DNA of 46,444 nucleotides, taken from Acidobacteriota bacterium (GTDB lineage: Bacteria; Acidobacteriota; Polarisedimenticolia; J045). Shown piece by piece: positions 1 through 8,559 of this stretch. The notes beneath the pieces are model-generated. The model was given only the letters and a program-made list of their open reading frames with translations, was not told the DNA's origin and searched no databases. Made by a program: the position numbers and the translations under genes. The stretch is from positions 1 through 46,444 of the forward strand of contig RFIB01000052.1 in NCBI GenBank assembly GCA_003695625.1. The letters run 5' to 3'. Position 1 is the stretch's first letter. Every line of letters starts with the position of its first letter.

Positions 1-12
1 GCCCCCGCCCTG

Positions 13-393
13 GTGCCGTTCTTCGACCGCCTCCGGGTCTGGACCCATCCGCTGATCCTCGGCCTCGAGATCGCCGGCGGGCTCGTCGGCATCGCGGTCG
101 GCGTGCTGCTCTGGCGGCGGCACCGCTGGGCTCCGTGGGCGTTCCTGGTCGCGGGATGGGGCGGGGCGGTCCTGCTCGTCGCGGGCCTGTGGCCCGGCGA
201 CAGGGTCCGCATGGCGATGCGGATGGCCGTGCGCCAGGCCGAGCGCGCCGGGGCCCCGCCGGGGACGACGTTCTACGACCTGATCCCGGACAGCATCCTG
301 CTCGGCCTCGAGGTCGCGGCGAGCCTGCTCCTGCTGCTGCTGGTCGTCGGGACGCTCCACGTCCTGATCGCGCGCCGCCTGTACCGGGCCTGA
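13..393 (+). CDS. hypothetical small integral membrane protein (frame is open to the window edge, so the true 5' end may lie upstream)
   Basis: The ORF-track protein has 3-4 hydrophobic spans (LILGLEIAGGLVGIAVGVLLW, WAFLVAGWGGAVLLVAGLW, ILLGLEVAASLLLLLLVVGTL). Codon position 3 is strongly G/C. No family recognised. Confidence 0.45.
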   Translation: MPFFDRLRVWTHPLILGLEIAGGLVGIAVGVLLWRRHRWAPWAFLVAGWGGAVLLVAGLWPGDRVRMAMRMAVRQAERAGAPPGTTFYDLIPDSILLGLEVAASLLLLLLVVGTLHVLIARRLYRA

Positions 394-580
394 CCGGCCC
401 CGGCGCCCGGGGGCCCTCGGCGCGAACGCCCACGAACGTCCGGGAACACTTACCGCCCAGCGCAGCCTGAACAGACCCTTGCCGGACACTCCGGGGCAGC
501 GTACATCCCCCGCGGCGCGGTCCGCCCTGAAGGGGGGCCGTGTCGTCGGACTCGCTGGTCAGAGGGAAAGGAGACAGGCC

Positions 581-1393
581 ATGAGAAACCTGGTTTACGC
601 GGTCGCCCTGCTGGCGCTCGTCGTGTCGGTGGGCTGCGCGGTGACCGACTACCCGTTCGTCGTGGATTCCCGCGGTGACTTCGACGGGCTGGTCCGCACG
701 GCGCACAAGGCATACATCGTGCCCTCCGCCCAGGTGGCGACGATCTATGCCGACGGCTCCGACGAGCTGTTCTCGATGGTTCTGCAGAACCAGTACGGCG
801 ACCAGACCCTGTACACGTTCAACAACTTCGACCCGACGGGGTCGGTGCTGTTCCTCGATCAGACGTACTGCGACTGGAAGTACGACGGCTGCGAGATCGT
901 CCGCGCGTGGAATCCGCGCCAGAACGACGAGCCGTTCGACTACGAGTTCTTCGGCGACTGCTCCGGGGCCCGGAGCCTGTCGCTGCTGGTCGACTACGAG
1001 AGCCGCATCGGGGAGTGCGGCGACAACATCTTTGCCGGAGATCCCCAGGCGAAGGCGCGGCTGTTCGCCAACCTCGACACAACCACGTGGCGGGGGGGCA
1101 CCGCCTACCTGATGCCGCTCCGGCCGAACAACTTCTGGGTCACGCTGACCGATCCTGCCGGCGACACGACCTGGATGCCGATCTACGGGGAGTACAACCT
1201 CCTCCTGACGGAGCGGCTCCAGCTCGTCGTCCCGGTGACTCCCAACGCGCGCCATCAGATCGCCTGGCTCAACGGCTGGATCGCCGAGCACGGCAACAAG
1301 GCGCGCGTGTGGATGGCCCACAAGGGGGTTCAGGGCTGGATCGACGTGACCTTCCGCCCGGAGGGCCTGACCTACAACGCCGGGCGGCTGTAG
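581..1393 (+). CDS. hypothetical lipoprotein, no family recognised
   Basis: An internal ATG at 581 of ORF 479..1393 is preceded by GGGAAAGGAG (564-573). The signal peptide MRNLVYAVALLALVVSVG-C has a lipobox Cys. The mature part is rich in W/Y/D/N/C and looks like a genuine globular protein. The 34 codons upstream are R/G-rich filler. Confidence 0.6.
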   Translation: MRNLVYAVALLALVVSVGCAVTDYPFVVDSRGDFDGLVRTAHKAYIVPSAQVATIYADGSDELFSMVLQNQYGDQTLYTFNNFDPTGSVLFLDQTYCDWKYDGCEIVRAWNPRQNDEPFDYEFFGDCSGARSLSLLVDYESRIGECGDNIFAGDPQAKARLFANLDTTTWRGGTAYLMPLRPNNFWVTLTDPAGDTTWMPIYGEYNLLLTERLQLVVPVTPNARHQIAWLNGWIAEHGNKARVWMAHKGVQGWIDVTFRPEGLTYNAGRL

Positions 1394-1419
1394 ACGGCCT
1401 GCGAAGGCGAGTCCGACGC

Positions 1420-1457
1420 GCGGCGGGGCACCGATCGCCCCGCCGCCTTTCTTTTCC
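1420..1457 (+). terminator. rho-independent terminator of the lipoprotein gene
   Basis: A 10-bp perfect GC stem, GCGGCGGGGC (1420-1429) pairing with GCCCCGCCGC (1437-1446), has a 7-nt loop and is followed by CTTTCTTTTCC. It lies between convergent genes. Confidence 0.65.
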
Positions 1458-2681
1458 TCACCTGCTGTCGGCGGACAGCTCCGCGGCGACGCGCTCGACC
1501 TCGCTCCACACGCGCAGCAGGTTCTCGCCGGCGATCCGGCGCACCTCGTCCTCGGTGTAGCCGCGGTCGAGCAGCGCCTGGAGCAGGGCAGGGTAGCGCG
1601 AGACGTCCTCCAGTCCGCGCGGGAGCGCCCCGACGCCGTCGAAGTCGGAGCCGAACCCGACGTGGTCGACGCCGACCAGCTCGACGACGTGGTCGATGTG
1701 CGCCACGACGTCCGCGACGGTCGTCTCCGGCACCGGGTGCTCGCGGCGGTAGCGCTCGATGAATTCCCGCGCCTCGTCGCTGCCGCGCTCGAGATGATGC
1801 TCCTCGAGGTAGCGGCCGATCTCCTGCCAGGCGCGACGGCTCGCCTGCTGCGCCTCCGGCTTCAGGAAGGCCGAGCCGAAGTTGATCTGGATCACGCCGC
1901 CGCCGGCGGCGACGGCCCGGATCAGGTCGTCGCTGATGTTGCGCTCGAAGCCGGGCGTCAGGGCCCGGCACGACGAATGGGAGGCGATCACCGGGGCGCG
2001 CGTGACCTCGAGCACGTCGCGCGCCGTCTCGTCGGTGACGTGCGAGATGTCGACCATGATGCCGAGCCGGTTCATCCGCTCGACGACCCGGCGGCCGAAC
2101 GGGCTCAGTCCGTGCCAGCGACGCTCCTCGTCGTACGACGAGTCGCCGATCAGGTTCGCCCGGGAGTGGGTCAGGGTGATGTACCGCACGCCGCGGGTAT
2201 GGAAATGGTCGAGCAGGTCGAGGTCGTCCTCGATCGCGGCGCCGTTCTCGATGCCCAGCGGGAGTGCGATCAGCCCGCGCCGCGCCGCCTCGCGCACGTC
2301 CGCCGGCGATCGCGCCGGCGCGAACGTGTCCGGCGCCGCGGCGATCACGCCCTCGACGAGATCGATCAGCTCGTCAGCCACCTGCCGCGCGCCACCCTCG
2401 TCCTGGTAGCGGGCCGGGACGTAGATCGACATGAACGCCGCGTCGAGGCCGCCTTCGCGGGCGCGCACCGCATCGAAGTGTCCGTCCTCGGTCCTGCGCG
2501 ATACGTCTGCGGGGTGCTCGCGCAGGCGATAGGGGACGTCGATGTGCGTGTCGACGATCAGGATCCGCCGGGCCAGCTCGGTACCCGACAGGGACGCGTC
2601 GCCCTGCGGCGCGCCGCCGGTGCAGCCGGACGACACGACCAGCGCGACGGTGGACAGGACGAGCAGGAGTGCACGGACCAC
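1458..2681 (-). CDS. membrane dipeptidase, peptidase family M19, lipoprotein-anchored
   Basis: Motifs seen: VDTHIDVP (zinc HxD), HSSCRAL, GFGSDFDGV. GTG at 2681 is preceded by GAGGAG and opens a lipoprotein signal (VVRALLLVLSTVALVVSSG-C). The longer ORF-track N-terminus is R/G-rich. Confidence 0.8.
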   Translation of the reverse strand: MVRALLLVLSTVALVVSSGCTGGAPQGDASLSGTELARRILIVDTHIDVPYRLREHPADVSRRTEDGHFDAVRAREGGLDAAFMSIYVPARYQDEGGARQVADELIDLVEGVIAAAPDTFAPARSPADVREAARRGLIALPLGIENGAAIEDDLDLLDHFHTRGVRYITLTHSRANLIGDSSYDEERRWHGLSPFGRRVVERMNRLGIMVDISHVTDETARDVLEVTRAPVIASHSSCRALTPGFERNISDDLIRAVAAGGGVIQINFGSAFLKPEAQQASRRAWQEIGRYLEEHHLERGSDEAREFIERYRREHPVPETTVADVVAHIDHVVELVGVDHVGFGSDFDGVGALPRGLEDVSRYPALLQALLDRGYTEDEVRRIAGENLLRVWSEVERVAAELSADSR

Positions 2682-2754
2682 GGGAGTCTCCTCGGGCCGG
2701 AGCCGACCGCCCCGGGTGACTCCGGCACGGTGCCCGGCCGACGCGCGGCGCACC

Positions 2755-4128
2755 CTACACCGGCTCGAAGCGCGCCGTAAAGTGCCGCAGGAACGGTGCC
2801 TGGTGCACGATCCGGTACCCGCGCAGCTTCTCCCGCTTCCGGTGGACCTCCAGGATCGCCTCGACGACGTAGTCGATGTGGCTCTGCGTGTAGACCCGCC
2901 GCGGAATCGCGAGGCGGACCAGCTCCATCGGTGCCGGCTGCTCGACGCCGGTGTCGGGGTCGCGGCGGGCGAACATCACCGAGCCGATCTCGACCGAGCG
3001 GATCCCGGCTTCGTGATACAGCTCGACGGACAGCGCCTGCCCGGGAAACTCGAGCGGCGGAATCTGGGGCAGCATCGCCTTGGCGTCGATGTAGATCGCA
3101 TGTCCGCCCGGCGGCTGGACGATCGGGACGCCCGCGTCGGCGATCCGCCGCCCGAGGTACGACGTCGAGGCGATGCGGTAGGTCAGATAGTCCTCGTGCA
3201 GCACCTCCTCGAGCCCGATCGCGATCGCCTCGAGATCGCGACCGGCCAGGCCGCCGTACGTCGGGAAGCCCTCCGTCAGGATCAGCAGATCGCGCTCCTG
3301 CTCGGCGAGCCGGTCGTCGTTGGTGCACAGGAAGCCGCCGATGTTGACCAGCCCGTCCTTCTTTGCCGACATCGTGCAGCCGTCGGCAAGGGAGAACATC
3401 TCGCGGGCGATCTCGCGCACCGAGCGATCTGCGTAGCCCGGCTCCCTCTGCTGGATGAAATAGGCGTTCTCCGCGAAACGGCACGCGTCGAGATAGAACG
3501 GAATCCCGTGGCGGTGGGCGATCTCGCTCACCGCACGAATGTTCGCCATCGAGACCGGCTGGCCGCCGCCGGAGTTGTTGGTCACGGTGAGCATGACGAG
3601 CGGGATCCGCTCGGTCCCTACCTCGTCGATCAGGCGCTCGAGCGCCTCGGTGTCCATGTCGCCCTTGAACGGCAGTGGGCGGCCGGTCTCGAGCGCCTCC
3701 GGCCTGAGCAGGTCGCGCGCCTCGGCCCCGCGGTACTCGATGTTGGCGCGGGTCGTGTCGAAGTGGGTGTTGTTCGGAACGACGTCGCCGGGCTTGCACA
3801 GCACGGAGAACAGGATCCGCTCCGCGGCGCGGCCCTGGTGCGTCGGGATCACGTGCCGGAAGCCGAAGATCGAGCGGACCGTCTCGAGGAACCGGTACCA
3901 GCTCCGCGAGCAGGCGTACGCCTCGTCGCCGCGCATGATCCCCGCCCACTGCTCGTGGCTCATCGCGGCGGTTCCCGAGTCGGTGAGCAGGTCGATCAGC
4001 ACGTCGTCCGAGTGGACGAGGAACAGGTTGTAGCCGGCCTCGGCGAGGATCCGTTCCCGCTCGCTGCGGGTGGTCATCCGGATCGGCTCGACGACCTTGA
4101 TCTTGAACGGCTCGATGATCGTCTTCAC
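2755..4128 (-). CDS. tnaA: tryptophanase (PLP-dependent beta-eliminating lyase family)
   Basis: Near full-length resemblance to TnaA/TPL: EPFKIKVVEP, LLTDSGT, PTHQGRAAE, and the PLP-Lys motif SAKKDGLVNIGG. HFDTTR carries Asp where TPL has Thr124, and LRHFTA carries His where TPL has Phe448, which favours tryptophanase over tyrosine phenol-lyase. GTG at 4128 follows a GGAG. Confidence 0.8.
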   Translation of the reverse strand: MKTIIEPFKIKVVEPIRMTTRSERERILAEAGYNLFLVHSDDVLIDLLTDSGTAAMSHEQWAGIMRGDEAYACSRSWYRFLETVRSIFGFRHVIPTHQGRAAERILFSVLCKPGDVVPNNTHFDTTRANIEYRGAEARDLLRPEALETGRPLPFKGDMDTEALERLIDEVGTERIPLVMLTVTNNSGGGQPVSMANIRAVSEIAHRHGIPFYLDACRFAENAYFIQQREPGYADRSVREIAREMFSLADGCTMSAKKDGLVNIGGFLCTNDDRLAEQERDLLILTEGFPTYGGLAGRDLEAIAIGLEEVLHEDYLTYRIASTSYLGRRIADAGVPIVQPPGGHAIYIDAKAMLPQIPPLEFPGQALSVELYHEAGIRSVEIGSVMFARRDPDTGVEQPAPMELVRLAIPRRVYTQSHIDYVVEAILEVHRKREKLRGYRIVHQAPFLRHFTARFEPV

Positions 4129-4298
4129 GGCAGCTCCGGGAGCGCGCGCGGCGCAGGGTGGGCCGCGCCATGTTACCCGGATCGGCGCCGGGGCCGCCTC
4201 CCGTTGCGGTCGGGTCGGCGGCACTCTACCTTCGCAGCGTGCCTGCCCCGGGACGGATGATCCGGCCCGCGGCCCGGCAGGGAGAGACTCGCCCGCCG

Positions 4299-5456
4299 AT
4301 GCGGATCGTCTTCTTCGGACCGGCCTCGTCGTGGCACGTCACGCGCTGGGCCCGGCGGTTCGTCGCGCAGGGGCACGACGTGACGCTCGCGTCGATGCAC
4401 GCCATTCCCGACGAGGTCCGGGCACTCGCCGTGCCGCTCGCCGACGCGCCGGGCGAAGGGGCCACGTCGCCGCGCACGCTGCTCGCGGCGATACGGCGCG
4501 GTCGGCGTCTGGTCGCGCAGGTCCGGCCGGATCTCGTCCTGGCGTACTACATGTCGAGCTACGGGCTCGTGGCGGCGCTGTCCGGCGGCCGCCCGCTCGT
4601 CGGCGCGGCGGCCGGCGGCGACGTGCTGGTCGATCCGTTCGACGGACTCGCGCGGCGGGCCGTCAACCGTGCCGCGGTCGGCCTGGCGCTTGCCCGCTGC
4701 GACGGGATGCTCTGCTGGGCGCCCCACGTCGCCGAGCGTCTCGAGCAGCTCGGCGTCGCGCGCGACAGGATCCTCGTCCAGCCGCGCGGCGTCGATCTCG
4801 GCCGGTTCCGCTACCGCCCGCCGTCCGCGGACGACGCGCGGCCGCTGCGCGTGTTCTCGATCCGGCTGTTCAAGCCGCTCTACCGCGTGGAGACGCTGGC
4901 CGAGGCGCTCGTCGAGCTCGCCGGACGGGGCGTTCCGATCGAGGCGAGGCTGGCCGGCTGGGGACCCGAGCGCGAGCGGATCGAGACGATCCTGCGTCGC
5001 GGCGGGGTGACCGACCGGGTGCGCCTGCTCGGCCGCGTCGCGCCGGACGACGTGCCGCAGGCGATGAGCTGGGCCGACGTGTACGTCAGCACGTCGAGCA
5101 CCGACGGCGCCTCGGCGGCGCTGTTCGAGGCCCTTGCCGTCGGGCTGTTCCCGGTCGTCTCCGACATCCCCGCCAACCGTGCGTTCCTCGAGGAGGGGCG
5201 GACGGCGCGGTTCTTCCCGGTCGGCGACGCGCGGCGGCTCGCCGCGATCCTCGGCGAGCTGGCGGCCGACCGCCGCCTGGTCGTCGAAGGCGTCGAGTCC
5301 GCGCGGCCGCTGGTGCGCGACCGGCTCGACTTCGAGGCAAACATGCGGCGGATCGGTGCGTGGCTCGAGGCGCTGGTCGAGCGGCATCGCGCGGGCGCCG
5401 CCGCGCAGGTCAGCGCGGATCGCGCAGCAGGCGACAAAGCTCCCCGAGGCCGGTGA
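4299..5456 (+). CDS. glycosyltransferase, GT-B fold, family 4-like
   Basis: ATG at 4299 is preceded by GGAGAG. MRIVFFGP opens an N-terminal Rossmann half. The C-terminal half carries the E-x7-E-like region STDGASAALFEALAVGLFPVVSDIP. Confidence 0.75.
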   Translation: MRIVFFGPASSWHVTRWARRFVAQGHDVTLASMHAIPDEVRALAVPLADAPGEGATSPRTLLAAIRRGRRLVAQVRPDLVLAYYMSSYGLVAALSGGRPLVGAAAGGDVLVDPFDGLARRAVNRAAVGLALARCDGMLCWAPHVAERLEQLGVARDRILVQPRGVDLGRFRYRPPSADDARPLRVFSIRLFKPLYRVETLAEALVELAGRGVPIEARLAGWGPERERIETILRRGGVTDRVRLLGRVAPDDVPQAMSWADVYVSTSSTDGASAALFEALAVGLFPVVSDIPANRAFLEEGRTARFFPVGDARRLAAILGELAADRRLVVEGVESARPLVRDRLDFEANMRRIGAWLEALVERHRAGAAAQVSADRAAGDKAPRGR

Positions 5457-6375
5457 CCAGCACGTCGGAGCGGGCGGTCAGCGCGCCGACCAGCCGCCGG
5501 TACCAGCGGCGGATCTCCGGCGTCTGCCGCGAGTAGTAGTTCGGGTGCAGGTTGATCACCAGCACGCGGCCGAGCGACTCGGCACGCCGGGCGAGGCGCA
5601 GCGTCCAGTCGAGCGCGTCGTCCTCGGACAGCCCGAACCCGGTCACCGAGAACAGCGTCGAGTCCATCACGTGCAGCGGCAGCTCGACAAGATCCGTGCG
5701 AAGCCCGCATGGCGCGGCGAGCGGATGGGTGTCCGGGTCGCGATGGTCGCGGTCCATCACCGTCGAGTCGTAGCGCGCACCGCCCTGCGCCATGCCGTCG
5801 ACCACCGCCGCGGACAACCGCAGGTAGTGCATGCGCAGTCCGTCGACCGGTCGCGGGACGATCCGGCGCAGGTCCGCGAACTCCGCGGCGAGCGCGGCAG
5901 GGTCGTCCGCACTCTGCCCGTGCAGGCCGATCTCGAATCCCGCGTCGGCCAGCCTGCGGATCGTCGCGGCCGCGTCCGCGAGCGCGTAGCGGATGCCGAG
6001 TCCGGGACGGGCCGCGAAGAACCACGTGCTGCGGATTCCGGCGGCCTGCTCGAACTCGCGCAGTTCGTCGATCGTGTCCCAGCGATCGCGCCCCAGCGCC
6101 GCCAGCGCCAGACCGGCGAGCTGGTCCGCCGCGCGCCACGGGCGGAATCTCCCGGCGAGGTTCTGGCGCAGCGCGTTGAACGCCGTCGAGAGCAGGAACC
6201 GGTCGACGAGGTGCTCGCGCAGCCCGAGATGGTCCACGTCGTGGCTCAGGCCGACGGCGAGGCGCACGCCGGCGGGCAGCTCGACGGCCAGCTCCGGCAC
6301 CGCCGGCGGTTCCGGCAGCCCGGGACCGGGGCGGCGCGCGCCGCCGGCGACGGGGCGTCGGCGTCCGGGTGTCAC
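5410..6375 (-). CDS. polysaccharide deacetylase-like (CE4 superfamily) protein
   Basis: This is the C-terminal 321 codons of ORF 5410..7335. LAVGLSHDVDH and FEIGLHG motifs fit a metal-dependent deacetylase fold. GTG at 6375 overlaps the upstream stop (ATGTGA) and follows GGGGGA. An alternative GTG at 6300 is not excluded. Confidence 0.55.
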   Translation of the reverse strand: MTPGRRRPVAGGARRPGPGLPEPPAVPELAVELPAGVRLAVGLSHDVDHLGLREHLVDRFLLSTAFNALRQNLAGRFRPWRAADQLAGLALAALGRDRWDTIDELREFEQAAGIRSTWFFAARPGLGIRYALADAAATIRRLADAGFEIGLHGQSADDPAALAAEFADLRRIVPRPVDGLRMHYLRLSAAVVDGMAQGGARYDSTVMDRDHRDPDTHPLAAPCGLRTDLVELPLHVMDSTLFSVTGFGLSEDDALDWTLRLARRAESLGRVLVINLHPNYYSRQTPEIRRWYRRLVGALTARSDVLVTGLGELCRLLRDPR

Positions 6376-7385
6376 ATCGGCATCCCCCGGACGCCGAAGT
6401 AGCTGAACAGCCGTCGCACCATCGCTCCGAGCGCACGCTCGCGCGGCTCGATGCGGAACCGCCGCAGGCGGGCGTTGAAGAACGAGCCGCGCTCCGGAAG
6501 GCTGTGCTCGTCGAGAAACACCCGCACGCACGGCCCGTCGTCCGGGGCCGGCTCGTCCGGGTCGGCGCTGTAGAACAGGTCCGCCTGCTCCGGCCGACCG
6601 GCCTGCCAGCGCACGTGGAACCGGCCCGGGGCCCGCGCGAGCACCTCGACCTGCTGGCCGAGCTGGTCGGCGACCTCGAGGAACTTGTCGAAGATCTCGA
6701 ACAGGCGCCGTTCGCGCTCGGCGTCGTCGGGCGGCGTCCGGTAGGGCTGCTTGATCACGCGGGCGGGGATGCCGACCGCCATCGAGTTCTCCGGATACTC
6801 GCCGCGCAGCAGCGCCTTGGCGCCGATGATCACGTCGTTGCCGATCCGCGTTCCCGGCATGATGAACACCCGCCACGGGACGTACACGCGGTCGCCGATG
6901 ATCACGTCGCCGGTCTGGAACGGAAACCCCTCGAGGTAGGGCAGGAACGAGCCATGGGTGAAGATGTGCGTCGCTCCGCCGATGCTGACGTCGTCGCCGA
7001 TGATCACCTTCTGGCCGCAGTCGATCCAGCACAGCGGGCAGATGTACGAGTTGACGCCGACGCGCAGCTCGGAGCGCGGGAAGAACGGCTCGCGGCCGCT
7101 GACGATCGTCAGCGACCCGATCTTGGCGTAGTCGGCGAGGGTGACCCGGCCGGCCCGCATCAGCGTGAACGGGTGGAAGCGGACATGACGGCCGATCTCG
7201 ATCGTGTCGGCGATGATCGCCGAGAACGGTCCGAGCCGGGCGTGGTCCCCGATCCGGACGATCCGCCCGGCGAGGATCATCCCGAAGCCGATCCTCGCCC
7301 CGGGGCCGACGTCGACCCCGCGGAAGCGCAGCCACGCGACCTTGACGCGGCTCGGCAGCAGCGAGAACAGCAGGGCGCGGATCAT
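6372..7385 (-). CDS. left-handed beta-helix (hexapeptide-repeat) acyl/acetyltransferase with a ~110-aa C-terminal extension
   Basis: Repeated [LIV]-G-x-x-x-x hexapeptides are visible (IGDDVSIGGATHIF, IIGDRVYVPWRVFI, TRIGNDVIIGAKALL). ATG at 7385 is preceded by GGAGA. The C-terminal third has no recognisable motif. Confidence 0.7.
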   Translation of the reverse strand: MIRALLFSLLPSRVKVAWLRFRGVDVGPGARIGFGMILAGRIVRIGDHARLGPFSAIIADTIEIGRHVRFHPFTLMRAGRVTLADYAKIGSLTIVSGREPFFPRSELRVGVNSYICPLCWIDCGQKVIIGDDVSIGGATHIFTHGSFLPYLEGFPFQTGDVIIGDRVYVPWRVFIMPGTRIGNDVIIGAKALLRGEYPENSMAVGIPARVIKQPYRTPPDDAERERRLFEIFDKFLEVADQLGQQVEVLARAPGRFHVRWQAGRPEQADLFYSADPDEPAPDDGPCVRVFLDEHSLPERGSFFNARLRRFRIEPRERALGAMVRRLFSYFGVRGMPM

Positions 7386-7470
7386 GATCGTCTCCGCGGC
7401 ACCGCCGGTCCGGCGCCGCTCCGGGGAACGATAGTGCCGGCGTCGCGCGCCACCAAGCCGGGATTCCGGA

Positions 7471-8466
7471 TCACCGCGCCCGCAGGCGGACGACGACCGA
7501 GCGCTCGTCGAGCCGCTCGCTGTCGAGGAGCGCCAGCCCCCCGGCCGCGGCCTGTTCGGCGATCTCGTCGACCGTGTAGGTGTCGCCTCCCGCGGTCATC
7601 GCGAGCATGTTGACGGCGAACAGCGCGGCGGCCGGCGGGCGCCAGCGCTCGGGCTCGCGTGCGTTCTCGTGGATGACGACGAGCGCCCCCGGGGCGAGCA
7701 GCGGCGCGAGCCGCGCGAACAGCGCGCGGTTGTTCTCGGGCGACTCCGCGTGAAGCACCTGCGAGATCAGCATGCGATCGAACGGCCCGGCGGGGCGTTC
7801 GGGCTCCGGCTCGCGGTAGAAGTCCCAGCGCAGGAAGGCGAGCCGCTCGAGTTCCGGACGGCCGGCGAGCCGCCGCCGAGCCACCTCGAGCGTCAGCGGA
7901 AGGTCGATCAGCGTCGCCCGGAGCCGCGGATGCTCGCGCAGCGCGAGTTCGACGTACAGACCCGGGCCGCCGCCGAGGTCCGCGAGGTGGCTCGCACCGT
8001 CGAGCTCGAGCCGGGCGAGCACCTGCGGCGCGCGCTCGCGGCTCACCGCGGCCATCGCGAGGATGAACGCCTCGTTCGCCTCCGGGTCGTCGAGCGCGTC
8101 CGGCTCGTCGTGCGCGGGGCGTCCCTGCCGGATCGTCTGCTCGAGCACCGCCCACGCGCGGAACAGCCGTCCGCGATGGCGCAGCAGGGCGACGTACTCG
8201 CGATCGGCCAGCAGCGGCGCGAACCGCTCCGCGACCCGCACCCGCGAGCCGTCGACGATCTCGAGCAGGCCGAGCGACGCGAGCGCCCAGACCAGGATGC
8301 CGACGCCGCGCTCGGGGAGCCGGAGCCGCGTCGCCAGCTCCTCCGGGGCGAGTCCGTCGGCGGGCAGCGCGTCGAACAGGCCGAGTTCGACGGCGGCGAA
8401 CAGGATCTTCGCGGGAACGAAGCCCTGGGCGATCCGCTCCAGGATCTCCCGTGGCATCTCGGACAT
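7471..8466 (-). CDS. class I SAM-dependent O-methyltransferase with an N-terminal winged-helix dimerisation domain
   Basis: SAM motif I LADLGGGPGLY is present, and the overall layout resembles COMT/CrtF-type natural-product O-methyltransferases (331 aa). Confidence 0.75.
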   Translation of the reverse strand: MSEMPREILERIAQGFVPAKILFAAVELGLFDALPADGLAPEELATRLRLPERGVGILVWALASLGLLEIVDGSRVRVAERFAPLLADREYVALLRHRGRLFRAWAVLEQTIRQGRPAHDEPDALDDPEANEAFILAMAAVSRERAPQVLARLELDGASHLADLGGGPGLYVELALREHPRLRATLIDLPLTLEVARRRLAGRPELERLAFLRWDFYREPEPERPAGPFDRMLISQVLHAESPENNRALFARLAPLLAPGALVVIHENAREPERWRPPAAALFAVNMLAMTAGGDTYTVDEIAEQAAAGGLALLDSERLDERSVVVRLRAR

Positions 8467-8495
8467 CGGTCACCCCTTCGTCACGCCCTGCCGGA

Positions 8496-8524
8496 TTGGT
8501 CCGGCCCGGGGCTCGCGCTATAGT
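8496..8524 (+). promoter_or_regulatory. sigma70-like promoter for the GNAT gene
   Basis: TTGGTC (8496-8501), a 17-nt spacer, then TATAGT (8519-8524). GGAGG (8550-8554) lies 5 nt before ATG 8560. Confidence 0.45.
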
Positions 8525-8559
8525 CGGACCTGCCCGAGCATAGCCCGACGGAGGCGACG

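Noticed and set aside
2755-4128. Calling the beta-eliminating lyase a tyrosine phenol-lyase.
   Set aside because: The YGGLAGRD segment resembles TPL. However, the two positions I know to discriminate substrate (Asp in FDTT, His in RHFTA) are tryptophanase-type. I kept tnaA with less than full confidence.
2542-4260. 572-aa (plus) and 537-aa (minus, 2558..4171) ORFs over tnaA, including a possible tnaC-like leader upstream of tnaA.
   Set aside because: These are shadow frames. The 170-nt tnaA upstream region has no short SD-preceded Trp-containing leader ORF. The only ATG there (4171) opens the R-rich shadow frame.
5410-7335. A 641-aa fusion ORF covering the deacetylase and the acetyltransferase region.
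   Set aside because: Only the C-terminal 321 codons look like a real protein. The upstream part is a shadow of the hexapeptide acetyltransferase gene, which lies in a different frame on the same strand.
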